64,000 nt of DNA, taken from assembly GCF_009914755.1 (NCBI RefSeq), contig NC_060936.1. One strand, written 5' to 3'. Below the pieces are notes generated by a model that saw nothing but the letters and a program-made list of their open reading frames with translations, ran no database searches and was not told where the DNA came from. This DNA is from the human T2T-CHM13v2.0 reference genome, Homo sapiens. Shown here piece after piece: positions 24,490 to 40,133 of this stretch (positions within the stretch are counted from its first letter, which is position 1; each line of letters begins with the position of its first letter). The position numbers and the translations under genes were made by a program.

Positions 24490-24730
24490 TGCATTACTGT
24501 GGGATGAGCATACGTTCAGACAGACAATGGCTTCTCGTCCCAGCTGTTAGTCATATGCTCTTGGACAAATTACATTATTTTTTCACCCTCAGTTTCCTCA
24601 TCTATAAAGTGCAATGAATCATACCACTTGCCTCAGTGATATTGCATGGGTGAAAAAGAAAACAAATGAAAGCCCTCAGACATTAGCACATACTAACCAT
24701 GAAATAAATATTGCACTATTATTATTCATG
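24490..24730 (+). mobile_element. MIR
   Basis: CCCTCAGTTTCCTCATCTATAAAGTG core. Confidence 0.7.
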
Positions 24731-24961
24731 TTGGTATTATTATGAATATGGGATGGAATCTGGACTTCATAGCATGGCAGAGGAATCTCTCTGGCTTCTG
24801 CCCATTGCTCTGTCTCATCTCTCCCTTCTCAGGGCCCAATACGACATGAGCTAGAGAGGAATGCCTCTACCACCTCCCAACCCACACACAGCCAGCAGAA
24901 ATTGGGTAGCCTTTGCTCAGGCTGTTCCTTCTGCTTACATGACCTTTCTCACCTGAGTAGA

Positions 24962-25721
24962 TGCAACTGGGCTTCTTCACTGGCCTGGTGCACCCATCTG
25001 CCAGCTGCTTTGAATATTGGTTGCTAATAGCTCATTGCTGTACTATTTTCCAGAGAATCAGCCTTAGTTATGGAGGGTCCCAGAGGGGAAATGCCTGGAA
25101 AGTTATGCCCTCCAGGCATCTTTGCAGGGGCGGGCAGCAGCCCTTGACTGAATGCAATGGAATTACCAGGGCCTAGCCTTCTTCAAGGAGAGACATTTAA
25201 CTGTGGGACTACTCACACTCAGAGCTCCATGTAAGATCAGGCTGACACTAGAATACAGTGGTTCCACATTTTGTTTTTTTGTTTGTTTTGAGACAGGGTC
25301 TTACTCTGTCACCCAGCCTGGAGTGCAGTGGTACAATCTCAGCTCACTGCAGCCTTGACCACCTGAGCTTAAGTAATCCTCCCACCTTAACATCCAGAGT
25401 AGCTGGGGCTACATGCATACATGCATGCGCCACCAGGCCTGGCTAATTGTTTAAATTTTTTGTAGAGGGGGAGTTTCACCATGTTGCCCAGACTGGTCTT
25501 GAACTCATGTACTCAAGCTCGATCAGCCTGCCGTGGCCTCTCAAAGTTCTGGGATTATAGGCATGAGCTACTGCGACTGGCCACTTCCTCATCTTTGTTT
25601 TTCATTTGTCCTTTCAACTTTTCTTCAGTCACCTACAGGACTCTTCTATGATCACTCCATTGATAAATCGTACAAGAATCTCCATCTCAGGCTTTCCTTT
25701 TAGGAAATCTGCCCCTTAAGA
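24962..25721 (+). mobile_element. LTR16-like ERVL LTR, split by AluJ
   Basis: 3' end GATAAATCGTACAAGAATCTCCATCTCAGGCTTTCCTTTTAGGAAATCTGCCCCTTAAGAC resembles LTR16. Confidence 0.55.
25269..25582 (-). mobile_element. AluJ
   Basis: TTTTGAGACAGGGTCTTACTCTGTCACCCAG...CTCACTGCAGCCTTGACC...GACTGGCC. Confidence 0.88.
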
Positions 25722-26231
25722 CTACATTTCTTCAAGGTTCAGCTCTGGTGGTATCTCCCCAAGACAGCCCAGCCAGGGTGGTACTAAGTACCCTTCTCTG
25801 AGTTCTCACATCCTCTCAAACAGACCCTCTAGCTTGTCGCCCACATGTCATATTGAAATAGTTTGTTAATATGCCTTTTTCCCGCCACCAGATTGTGAGA
25901 GGCTTCAAGATCCTCTTTTTTTCTGACTGTACTTTGGCCCTGAGACAAGTGATTGTAACATAGTAGGTGCTTAAGGAGAGAATCACATAGAGACTTTATT
26001 TGGATTAGGGGTTAACAAAAGTTTTTCTGAAGGAGTAGCGTTTAAAAGATGAACTTTGCCAAGAAGACAGGCACCATCTGGATCAGTCTGCATGTTTTTT
26101 TTATCCCTCCTTTCAGAGTCTGGCTGGCGCTAGGTATTTATTACAGAGATAGATTGGCAAAGATATTTGACAGATGGAGAGATGGGCTTTGGATGTGTCT
26201 GTTCTCCTGTGGTTGGGCCTAAACAGCTTTC

Positions 26232-26710
26232 TGTATTAGTTAGGATTAGAGACAGCTGCATGTGGAAGAAAAGACAGTGGTTAAAACACAAGGATTTTTC
26301 AAAAAATTTAAATTTTTCTTGTAAAAGAAATGCAGAGGTATGTAGCCCAGGACCAGCATGGTGGTTTCATGGTCATCAAAGATCCAACAACTTTCTTTCT
26401 ACACCATCATCCATATTGTATAACTTTCATGCTCAAGGTCACTTCATGGGCTAGGATGGCTACTGGGACTCTGATGGTCACATGTGCATTCCTACTTGGA
26501 AGAAGCATGAAAAACCGAAGAGCAGTCGGATTTATGCTCTATGTGAATCAGCTTCTTTAATGGATTCTTTCTGGAAATCCAACACATTGGCTAACATTGG
26601 CCAGTACTTAGTCTGATAGGAGGATGGGTAAACTAACAATTGGGAATCTCTTGCTTCCTCCCTCCGAAGGGAGAATGGACATTTGGAAGGCAACTGGCAG
26701 TCTCTTCCAT
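26232..26710 (-). mobile_element. MLT1 (I/J-like) LTR
   Basis: TGTATTAGTTAGGATTAG start, CATGCTCAAGGTCACTTCATGG, CATTGGCCAGTACTTAGTC. Confidence 0.55.
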
Positions 26711-28054
26711 TCCTTTCATCCCAGGTTTTCTAGGAGAATCCCATTTCAACATTCTGGCTCATAATCTTCACAAGCCATCTAAATATCCCAGAAGGTTCTC
26801 TACTTCCAAGTAATATCTCTTAGACTGCCTCTCCTGATAAAATTCCTTTTCCTATGCATGTCTCTATATTTTGGTTTTCATCACAGAACAGCCTCTAATA
26901 CTTGACCTTCATCAAACAGACGACATAGACAAGAAGGTGTTTGATGCATTTAAGAAGGACCAAGGAGTTAAACTAGACACCACCTTTGCAATGAATGGCT
27001 TGGTGGCCACGGACAAATTTTGCTCCTTGGGCATATTATTCTTTTACAGCTGAGTCAATAACACACCTGGAGCATGGGAAGAAACAACTGATGCTCTTCC
27101 TGGGAAGTTTCTGGGAAGAGGAAGGACCACTTTGAGGAACGACAGAGCTTTGTGAGGTGGTGGAAGCAAAGAATGCTGTCCCAGAACAAGGGATAAATGC
27201 TGTGATGCTGAGAAATGCCTTGCACTCTGCTGTTAGTTGTGTAAATTGCCAGCATTATACAAAGGTTTCATGACTCTTTGGCTTACATATTCCCCACAAT
27301 CTGGTTCCCATGTGGGTTTCCAGCCCCTGGTCCCACCCCTCCTCTCCTGGACTCCACACTCGACCAGTCTTCAGGATGTGCTGTCCCTGTGCCCACACTT
27401 TGCTTTCTTCCTTCTGAGCTTTTCCTCATGCTGTTTCCTCTACCAGGTAAACTGATTGGTCCCATTACCATAAGCCCAGATCCCATAATGCAGTTTATGA
27501 GCATGGCTGCTTTAGGTCAGATAGCGCATGGCTGCTGTTTCCAAGTAGAAAGGCCCCCCTGTTAGGCTGGGCTCGATTTCAGACCTGGGTCTACCTAAAC
27601 CCTGCTAAGAGGATCTCTCAGAGGTCAAGCAGAGCCTGAGCCATTTCCATGTTTTGAAGCCTCTAGTTTATTGAAAAGGAAGAAATGCCCAAATATTGGT
27701 GGAATTAAATGTTTATATAAATTCACATTGGTTGGCAGTGGCTCCGTATATTTTATGTATAAACACAGATGGAGGTAATGGCAAAAATCTAAACTTGGGG
27801 CATTTTGTGATAGTGAGGTTTGGGCCAAAGGACCCTCTTGTTGGTCCTGTCTTTCTTCCCTTTTACTTGGATTCTGTGAATTGGTCTTTCTGAATTATCT
27901 CATTCAGCATGGTTCTTTTGGCAGCAGATCAAACCTTCTCATCCCGTACCTCTGCCGTGGAATTTCCCAACTGGCCAATCAAGACTTCCTGTTCAGCCAC
28001 CCTCCACAGTCCCCACAGATTCCCATCTTTTTCAAAGCTAATTAAGAAGTGACA

Positions 28055-28290
28055 TTTTTTGAGTACTTTCTATGTGCCAAGGCATTATGCCAAGAGCCTA
28101 ACATTAATTACCTAATGTGATCCTTTCCACGGTCCCTAAGAGGTAGATATTATTGGCCCCATTCACAGATGAGAAAAACTGAGGCTCAGAAACATGAGTC
28201 AACTTGGAAAGAGTTTCACACACTTGACCAGTGGTAGAGCCTGTACCGGAAGCCAGGCATCCTGGCTCTGGAGCTCATGTTGTCACCCTG
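28055..28290 (-). mobile_element. MIR
   Basis: TTGAGTACTTTCTATGTGCCAAGGC...CAGATGAGAAAAACTGAGGCTCAGA. Confidence 0.75.
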
Positions 28291-29008
28291 TTACCCACTT
28301 GCCTCATTTCTGAGAGCAGCCTATTCCTAGGAGCCGCTTCTGCCCTGCCTAACTCAACTGCTTTGTCTTCCATGGCGTCTCTCTCTCTCTTTTCTTTTTT
28401 TTTGGCTCTCTCAGCTAGAAGTTTATTCCTCTCTTTCCTCATAGTCCTGAGGACTTTATCTGAGCCTCTCTTATAACTCCTGCCACATTCTTTTATTTCC
28501 TGTAGTTATTTGCGTATATTTCTCAAAATAGAGCTTTGTCTAATAGACTTCTTTCTCCTCTTAGAAAAGCACAATGCCTTGAATGTAAAAAGAACTCAAT
28601 GCATTTTTGTTGAATGAAGGGAATTTGCTTGTCTCCCTTGGGGGCAAGCCTTCAACTTCTCTGTATGTGTCTTGCTCAGTATGGTATAGAGAGAAAGTCG
28701 TGGTCAACAAACCCTGCCGACCGGCCGAACTGAGAGCTGAGATGCCTCCTGAGGACAGTTTTCTGAGTTTTAAAAGGCCTTGTTTTTTTGGGGTGTTAAG
28801 TTTCTGAATACAGAAGCTAAGAATTTTTCCTTTCATAAGGTAGGAAACGCCTCATGGAAGGAAAACAAAATCCTGCCAAAACCCTAAGGAAATTCTCAGA
28901 AAAGGTCCCATCAGAACTCCCAGGAGTCTGTCTAAACCCAAATGCCCCAGGTTGAAACTCTAGCTACCCAAAGATGTCTTTCTGTGGGATCTCACTGAGC
29001 CAAATTCG

Positions 29009-29034
29009 GTGTGTGTGTGTGTGTGTGTGTGTGT
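29009..29034. repeat. (GT)n microsatellite
   Basis: Directly visible. Confidence 0.9.
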
Positions 29035-31724
29035 TTTTAAATAAGGAAAACTCTTTTATCTCTGATGAAGAAACAGTAAATGAAAATCTTAACAGGCACC
29101 CTCAAGAGTGGCTAATTTCAATAGCAGTGGATTCCATGGGGATGGGGCAGAGGCAAACTGGGAACGGGGTTGCTGGCACTGATTCTCAATGAGATGGAGA
29201 CATAGGTGCCACTTCACGGCAAGTCTGCCCTTCTTTCAGGGCTCTTGGCGGTTTTGCCTTTCCTCACCTAGCCTACGATCCATTGTCCCTTTGCTTGCCC
29301 CTGTTTTCAGAAGACCCCACACCAAGGTACCTGACTCTCTTTCCTCCCACTCAGGACCTTTCTGACCCTCTTCTTTCCCTGCTGAAATGTGGACATCCTG
29401 TCTTGGCTTCCTCCGGCCCTGCTCTTGGAACCCAGCTAATCTGCTAATGTGATAATGGGAATGTGTGTGTTTCTCCCTACCCCAGATAACATATTTGTAT
29501 TTTATTTTCACTCAGACACAGAGGAGCAGGGAGGTGGTAGGAGCAGGGCCAAAGCTATTAGATAGCATCAAAGTTACTGTCGTTCAGTCTTTTTGTTATT
29601 GTTTTTGTTTTACAAAAAGCAAAGAACAAGCCAACCAACAAACAAAACAGAAGCTGTTTTGCAAATTCAGGTCCAGCTTATGGTTCACTGTGGCTCTGAA
29701 GTTTTCTTTTTTTTCCTTTCTGGTTGAACTCCTACACAACCAGGCTTCCTCCAGCTGGTATGTTGTACATCATTTTTATCAATGATCTGCATAAACAAGA
29801 AAATCCTGTCCCATTCCCCACCTCCAACAGCACAGATAAGATGCCCATTTCTTTCCATCTCCTTCTTTGCAATAAGACCCTTCCTCACTGACAGCATTGT
29901 GACGAAGGAGACATAACAAGGACCATATCCCCTGAATCTTTGCCCCAGCGCCCCCACCCGTATCCTGTGTAGGATTCTAGGTTGGTCTGCGCAAGGGGTA
30001 AGAGTGGCAGTGCAAACTGTGGGCAATCAGAGCTTCAGCCCTTGTTCTTTACCTTCCTTTTGACTTGACAGCTGGGATGTGAGTCTGGAAGGTTCCTTTT
30101 GCTCATTTTCCAAGAGCCACTCATGCCCTGTCCTCTTCCTCCTTCCTGTCTTTGTCTTCTAAGATACAAGATGTTCCTGACTAAGAAGATTATCTTGTTT
30201 CCTCAGTTACTAGGAAGCAAAGAGAGGAAGAGCCCTCCCGTGGAAGAAAACTATCTCTGCCCACCAAAAGTTGCACTCCTCCTCCAGCAGCCCCAGTGTT
30301 GACCATTGTGTACTTGATCTGTATGAAAATCCCTTTTCTGGCTCAATAGGGAACCTTGATCTTCCCCTACAGGCTGACAGAAACAAGGCAAGCATCTAAG
30401 CTTCATTCCTAGGCCTGTGGCAGACATCACTCATCAATGGTGATTTTTTGCTGAATCTTGGGGCAGGTCTGCACCCCAGCAGGCATGATCAATCTATTGG
30501 AGCCTGCAATGGAGAGAAAAAACATCTGCCATCCCTTCCTCAGTGATGCTTCTGTCATCCATGCAGGAGGCTGGGGGTAGGGACATTTCTTCAGCAACCT
30601 GCAGCTAAGAAGACATGGAAGCTGGAGAGTGCAGAAAAAGTTGTTTTCTTAGCTTTCATGTAGATTAACTTTAAGGCCAAAAGCTTCACCTGCTTCACCT
30701 GCTCTGGGCATGAATGTGGCATCTCCATTCGGTTGCTCTGCTTAATAGGAAATAAAAAGTGCAAGGAACACACTACCCTTAAGGTACCAATAGACATGCT
30801 CCCCGGGGAGGACTAAGCAATGCATGATGGTGACTCAGGAGGCTAGAGGGTCTCATGGAGGAGGACGAGTGCCAGGGGCTGGGGACAGGTGGCTGAGCTG
30901 GAGTTATCCAGTTCCCTGGCAGTCTGGGTGCACAGGGTGATCCTGCAGAACAGCAAATATTCTGCTTGTCTGCTGCTGGTATTTAGACGCTGCTGGAATG
31001 TCCTGGCAGGACTATCTGTCCAAATCCATTCAAAATTGATTTTTGTGTCTTTGATGGGGAATTTTGGCCAGGATCCCCACGGTCCCCCAATTCAGTTAGA
31101 CATTCTCCTCTCCCTTCTTTAGCTTATTAGCTGCTTCTCGGTGGGAGTCTGGGCCTTCATGTTCCCTCTTCAGCCAGTTCAAGTGATCTGAAGCTCTAGG
31201 AAGGATGGAAGTGGGTCTGTGCTGTGAATCTGAAATGCCTAGATGCATTTATTTAAAGCAGCAGCCTCTTAGCAGGGTTGACACAGCCCAATGCTGAAAA
31301 GTTGGGTTTTTGGCCAGGGTCTCCCCACTTTTGCTAGAGAGCCAGGAAATGGGTAGGAATGTCTGGACCAGAGCAGAGGAAAAGAAGAAGTGAGTCAGAA
31401 AAGAAAAGCAGAGCCTGTACAGGCCACATCCTTGAAGGATTTACTGCAAGCCTAGCTACTCCGCTGGGAGTGCCTTCCTTAATGTCTGCTGCCTCCAAGG
31501 CTGCCCACACAGTCAGCCACGATGGGGCACCGATGCTCACCAGGGGCTACCAGGCGCTGAGAGGTGGGGGAAGAAGACCAAATCCTAGATCCCAGAAACT
31601 TACAATCGGGCAGAAGAGATAAGTACAAATCTAACTAAAATTAAAAAGTGGGCAAGAAAGTGCACAGCTACAACATGCTAAGAGGAGTTCTGATGCAGTG
31701 GCTCTTAGAACTAGGTTTTGAGCA

Positions 31725-32220
31725 GTTTGTATATGTGTGTATGTGTGTGTGTATGTGTTATGCCTCTGTGTGTACATGTGCATGTCTCTCTGTATGTTTG
31801 TGTCTGTGTGTATGTCTCTGTGTGTGTGTGTATGTCTCCGTGTATGTATGTGTTTTTGTGTATCTGTGTGTATGCCTGTGTATGTCTGTGTGTGTATATG
31901 TCTCTTTGTGTGTCTATGTGTATGTGTTTATATTTCTGTGTGTGTCTGTGTGTATGTGGATGTCTCTTTGTGTGTCTGTGTGTATGTATATGTCTCTGCG
32001 TGTGTGTGTGTGTGTGTCTGTGTGTATATGGATGTCTCTCTGTGTGTGTCTGTGTGTATGTATATGTCTCTGCGTGTGTCTCTGTGTATATATGTCTCTG
32101 TGTGTGTCTGTGTATGTGTCTGTGTGCAGGTATATGTCTCTGTGTGTGTTTGTATATGTGTATGTCTCTGTATGTGTGTATATGCGTGTATATGTCTTTC
32201 TGTGTGTGACTGTGTGTGTA
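31725..32220. repeat. ~500-bp degenerate (TG)n / TGTCTC-TGTGTA simple-repeat block
   Basis: Directly visible; source of the C/V-rich ORFs at 31648-32298. Confidence 0.95.
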
Positions 32221-33059
32221 TTGATGAAGAGCTCTTTGTCCTCTAGGTCAGTGGCTCTCATTCTCAATCTTGGCTTCTTGGCTGTATCTTGGAATTAGTT
32301 AATGAGCTTTAAGAAATACTGATGCCAGCTGCTACCTCCAGAGCTTCTGATGTGATTGAGTCCGAGTATAGGGAGGGAATTCCATAGGGACAGATAAGGT
32401 CAGGCTGTGGTGAGTGGCTGGGCTCTGGTGCTTGTCTGCTTTAATTGAAGAGTTGGAAAAATGGCAGATGTTGTATGGTAGAGGGCAGTTCCTGTTAGTC
32501 ACATGGGAGATATAATACCATCCTTTACTGTCTCTGGGGGTAACAGGGGAGGAAGGTGGTCTCTGGGTTGTGTTTGCATGAAAAATGGTCCCACAGGAGG
32601 CACAGTTTCACAGTCCAAAGAAATACCTTCTACTTCTTTAATACCAACATACACTTCTGAGAAGACCTTGCTCAATCCCTCCTTCCTTCTCTCATTTCAT
32701 TCTTCCCTCTCTCCTTTCCTCCCTTCCTCTTTTACCTTTATCCACAGATATTTATTTAGCTCATGCCATGTCCCAGGCACAGTTCTGGGGCCAAGCGGGG
32801 AACAAGGCAGATTAGTTCTTGATTTCAAGGAGTTGACATCTTAGGTGCTTACCATATAACAAACATGAGTACTGGTGGAAATGTGCATGTCTTCTGTAGA
32901 TGGGACTTTTCCTGAAGAGTCAGTAGTTGGTGTCTTAGCACTACATTTTATGGTAAAACATGGCTCCAATATTTTAAGATAATGCATTTGCATTAAGATG
33001 TTGTGTGCTGTCGATCATAATGGACTAATAATGACTCAGAGTTCACATGTGCTACATTA

Positions 33060-34540
<1,481 letters not shown>

Positions 34541-35869
34541 GTTGGTCACCCATCTGTCCCTGTATCCCAGCTATGTCTAGCATTCCACTATCCCTGCTGA
34601 GGTACCAGATCTGTGAGTGAACCTTTTTTGATGCACAGGTCCAACAGAGCCCCCAGACAACTGCAGCCCCATCTGACATCATGATAAGCAGAAGAGCCAC
34701 CCAATTTGTGTAACTTTTATGTTCCATTATGCATCCTTGTTACTAGAAAATGTGGTGAGACATCTATGATGAGATGGGGAAAGAATCATAGAAGGAGATG
34801 GAAGAGCTGGATTCAAATCTTGACTCTCACTTACTAGATAGAGTACAAGGGGTAAATGACTTACCCAGATTCATTCAGGCTCAATTTTCACTACGTGTAG
34901 TAACAAAATATTTTCTAAGAGCTTAACGTGGACTCCTTGTTATGTTGGGAACTTCATACATATATGTTATTTTGCATAAATCCTCACTCTAGTCTTATGA
35001 GGTAGATGCTATTATTATAGGACCCAGAGAAGGTTAAAAAGCATGTTCAAGGCCACATGCTGGTAAATAGCAGGAATTAAAACGCAGGCAATATGACTTC
35101 AAGGTCTGAGCTCTTACCAGGGCATTGGAATCATAATATTTTCTCACTAGCTTGTTCTGCAGACGACATTATCTGTTGTGTGAAAGCAGAAAGCAGCTAG
35201 ATTATTGCCTGATACACAGAAGCTTTCTGATCATGGTTTGATAATTTTTTAATCAAGGTGCTGTATGACTCTAGGTTAACCCTTTCCTAAATCATGACAT
35301 TACACTACTACAGAGACAGTAGAAACAAAATATCTAACAGTGTTTTCTAATGTTCCCTGTCACACTTAGCAGTGACTATAATAGACGAATATTTATACAG
35401 AGCCACAATAAGATCATCTATGCATCCTATAAATTGAGTTTGCTTCCTGACATCTCCATAAACGTGGGCATTCTGCAACTGTTCATAGAAAGATGAAAGC
35501 TATGTCAGGATAACACTATTCATTGCTATTCATAGTGTAAGATTGCTCAGATCTTATGAGAAAATTAATAATAGTATGATTAATCGAAACATCATTTGAT
35601 ATTTTTGTAGCATGTTTAAAAAAAAAACTTCCAGCAAGCTCCTTGTCTTCATCTTTTTATCTTTTCAGCCTGCACTTTTCCGTCCTTATCCAGCTTCCCT
35701 TCTCTGTGGCATTTGAAGCTGCTGGGCACTCCTCCTGCCCCCTTGGCTTCTGGTATATCATCTCTTCATTCACTTGCCTCTGAAACTCTTCTTCTCAGTT
35801 TGGCTGGTTCCTTAATCTCTGCCCAGCCTTCAAATGTTGCGGTTGCTACCTCTGAGGCAAAGCATCATG

Positions 35870-36560
35870 AATTCATTTGTTCATTCATTCAACAAAGCTT
35901 ACTGAGCACCTACAATGTGCCAGGCACTGATCTAGGTGCTGGGGATATAGCAGTGAACAGACCAGACCAAGATGCCTGATCTCATGGAACTTCCATTCAA
36001 ATGGGGGTGATATGGTGTGACAGGTGGCAATCAGTGGTATGAAAAGAAAAGTGGGCAAGGAGAAGGGGGGCCCAGAGTAGGGAGTGATTTTGATTCTAAG
36101 GAGGATGGTTAGGGAAGTTCTCCCTGAGGGGATATTTGTGCAAAGACTTGGAAGCAGTGAGGAAGCATGCCATGCAGGTATCTGGGGGAAGTGCATTAAA
36201 AGCCAAGGGAACAGTTGGGGTGGAGGCTTTAAAAAGGGACCTGCCCAAGGTGTTCGAGGACTGTCAGGGAGGCTAGTGTGGAGTGAGTGGTGAGCAGGTA
36301 GGGCTTGTGGAAAGCCAGGCCTCCAGGGCCTCTGACACCACCATGAGGACACTGGCTTTTAGCCATCGCAGGGTTTTGGGCAGAGGAGTCATACATGACT
36401 AATGTTTTAAAAGGACCACTGTTGGTGCTGGTGGAGAACAGACCGAGGGCAGAAAAGGAGGAAGTAGAAAGACCAGTTTGGAAGATGTTGTCATTATCTA
36501 GGTGCCAGATCATGGGAACTTGATCTAGGGTGGAAGCTTGCAATTAGGGTGGAAGATGAT
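35870..36560 (-). mobile_element. L2 3' region
   Basis: TTCATTCATTCAACAAAGCTTACTGAGCACCTACAATGTGCCAGGCACTG...TTTAAAAGGACCACT. Confidence 0.8.
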
Positions 36561-36685
36561 CTCGCCTGGCCTTCACATCCTCTGAGTTATTGATTCAGCT
36601 CAGCCACCAATTTGCATAGTAGATAGGCCTGCCCTCATATAGGCAAGGGTGCACATGGAAGTCCCCAAATATTTAAGAGATTTTA

Positions 36686-36970
36686 GGCTGGGCATGGTGA
36701 CTCACACCTGTTATCCCCAGCACTTTGGGAGGCCAGGGTGGGAGGATAACTTGAGGCAAGGACTTGGAGACCAGCCTGAGCAACGTAGCAAGGCCCCATC
36801 TTTCCAAAAAAAAAAAAAAAAAAAAAAAGCAAAAAAGCTGGTCACGTTGGTGTGTGCCTATAGTTCCAGCTACTTGGGAGGTTGAGGCAGGAGAATTGCA
36901 TGAACTCAGGGATTTGAGGTGGCACTGAGCTACGATCGTGGCACTGCACTCCAGCCTGCCTTAAAAAAAA
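36686..36970 (+). mobile_element. AluJ
   Basis: GGCTGGGCATGGTGACTCACACCTG..., long middle A-tract, TSD about AGATTTTA. Confidence 0.85.
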
Positions 36971-37181
36971 GATTTTAATTATGCTAACAAAATTTTGAAT
37001 AAAATAACTTCATTCTTTCTGCCTTGAGAAATATACCTTCATAATGACAAAATAAAAAATGATTATTAGGGTATCACTGTGCTTCCCTGTAACCATGAAG
37101 GGACTGAAAATCCCCATAAGGGGTCTCTGCCTTCCCCTTGGCTGTGAGCTGCTCATGAGGAGGTGTGCTGGACCCACGTGA

Positions 37182-37623
<442 letters not shown>

Positions 37624-37714
37624 CACTTTCCCAGGTTTCAGGAATGGCAAATCTTTTTCTGGACAGTGGTTCTGGTTTCCCTGGAGAAGCAGGTTTGGTC
37701 CCACTGGGTGAGTT

Positions 37715-38685
37715 CTATTTTTTAAAAACAACTTTATTGAGATATAATTTACATACCATGAAATTCATCTGTCTAAAATGAACGTATCCGTGATTTTTAG
37801 TATGTTCATAGTGTTGTGCATCCCTCATCATCACCGAATTTTAGAACATTTTTATCACCCCCAAAAGAAATCCTGTACTCACTGGCAATCACTCTCCATT
37901 TCTCTTCTCTTCCCCTGCAGCCACAGGCAATCTATCTTTTGTTTTTATAACTTTGTCTATTTTGGATATTTCACAAAAATAGAATCATACAATGTGTGTG
38001 GTCTTTGGTGACTCTCTTCTTTCATGTAGCATAATGCTTTCAAGATCTATTCATGTCTTACCATGTATCAGTACTTCTTTTCTTTTTATGGCTGAATACT
38101 ATTCCATTGTGTAGATATTCTATATTTTATTTACCCGTTTATCAATTACAGGACATTTGGGTTATTTTTACTTTTGACTGTTATGAAAAATGCTGCTCTG
38201 ATCATTTGTGAACAAGTTTTTGCATGAACCTATGGTTTCATTTTTCTTGGTTGTATACCTAGGAATGAAATTGCTAGGTCATTTTGAGGAACTGCCAAAC
38301 TATTTTTCACAGCAGCTGTGCCATTTTTATCATACACTGCCAGCAGCCACATATGAGAGTTTCAATTTCTCCATATTCTTACCAACACTTGCTATCATCT
38401 GCCTTTCTGATTCTATCTATCTTAGTGGCTGTAAAGTGGTGGTTGGTGGTTTTGATTTGCATTTCCCTGATGAGTAATGATGTTGAACATCTTTTCACGT
38501 TCTTATCGACCATTTGTATATCTTCTTTGGAGAAATGTCATTTTATATCCTTTGCCCATTTTTAAATTAGATTGTCTTTTTATTGCTGAGTTCTAAGAGT
38601 GCTTTAAAGACTCTGGATACAAGTTCCTTATCATGATTTGCAAATATTTTCTCCAATTCTGTGGGTTGTCTTTTCATTTTCTTAA
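37715..38685 (-). mobile_element. L1MB-like 3' region
   Basis: AACTTTATTGAGATATAATTTACATACC...TTTTATGGCTGAATACTATTCCATTG...TTTGATTTGCATTTCCCTGATGAG. Confidence 0.85.
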
Positions 38686-38969
38686 TTCAGCCCTGCTAGT
38701 GACTTTTCCAGGTTTTGGAACACTGTCTACTGGTGCTTCTGACCCTTATCAAATCATAGAACATTAGAAAAAGAAACAAATTTTTATTGAATACCTTTCA
38801 TGAGTTATCCATTTAAATCCCCACAACTGGCCAACGGTATATATTATCATCCCATTTTAGAGTGATAAAACCAAAGCTCAGAAATAAGGCACTTTGACAA
38901 AGTCCCTTGCCTCATAAGAATGGAAAAGGAGATTTATCATTTATTTCTCTTTGATGCTAATGGACTTAA

Positions 38970-39306
38970 AATTATTTTTATTTGAATAGCTTTAGGAGTA
39001 CAAGTGGTTTTTGGTTATGCGGATGGATTGTATAGTGGTAAAGTCCAGGCTTTTGCTGTACCCATCACCCAAATAGTGTACATTGTACCCAAAAGGTGAT
39101 TTTTCATTTCTCACATCCTCCCACCCTTCCCCTTTCTGAGTCTCTAATGTCCATTATACCACTCTGTGTGCTTTTGTGTACCCATAGCTTAGCTCTCACT
39201 TATAAGTGAAAACATGCGGTATTTGGTTTTCCGTTCCTGAATTATTTCGCTTAGGATAATGGCCTTCAGTTTCATCCAAGTTGCTGCAAAAGACATTATT
39301 TCATTT
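38970..39306 (-). mobile_element. L1PB-like 3' end
   Basis: TAGGAGTACAAGTGGTTTTTGGTTA...GTACCCATCACCCAAATAGTGTACATTGTACCC...CATCCAAGTTGCTGCAAAAGAC. Confidence 0.8.
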
Positions 39307-40133
39307 TAATTTTTCCTTTAAAAAGGAGATTTAACACCATATCCTTGTGATTCAAAATTTATGCTTTTATTCTGTAGTTAGTGGCAGTGGGCCCCCTTCT
39401 ATCACAGTGAGTTGACACTAGATTCATCAGATTTATAAAAATAAAATAGTGATATTGAAGAAACAATTAAGGGCCTGGCCTGAAAGACCATTCACCTACG
39501 TCACCTCCGTTGAAATCAGTGGGAATTGTGAGTATGTTGGAGCCTGGCCTGGGAATGAGTACTCTCAAGTTGAAGCACGTAAGTATTGTTGCTAAGCCAT
39601 TGTGTTTGCTCTTCCTTTTTGTAGGTGTCGAGACAGCCCCTCATGGCAACTATTTATTATTCAACTTGGCATTGTGGCCTGGGAGCTGGCAGAGTCCGGG
39701 GCACTCTGGGATACTCATTATTGCAGCAGATAAAGGAGCCTGAAATCACCAGCTGGCCTGGATTTCTTAGTGAGATTAGGAGAACAGATATTGCTGGGAG
39801 GGAAAAAGGGCCATGGGTAATGTCCTGGGAGAATAGCCGATTGTGGAAGGCCAGGAGGGCCCACTTTAAACAATCCTATTTCTCTGGAATATGTCTTTGG
39901 GGACATTTGATAAAATAGAATCTCAAGGCTGAAATTATGTAGTTATATGGAGGGGAATGCTGCTAGAAATAAGGTCCTTTACTCTAGCCCACCGTCCCCC
40001 CACCATGCCTTTTTTTTTTCTAGAAAAATAACCAGATGATCTTTCTCTGTAGGCATAAAGAAACAGATACACCAGGTAGGCTTTCCTAAAACTCCCAGGT
40101 CAGTTGGGAATAGCCAGTGTTGGAGATAAAGAG

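Noticed and set aside
31648-32298. Cys/Val-rich ORFs up to 216 aa
   Set aside because: Translations of the (TG)-rich simple repeat; open in several frames because stops are absent.
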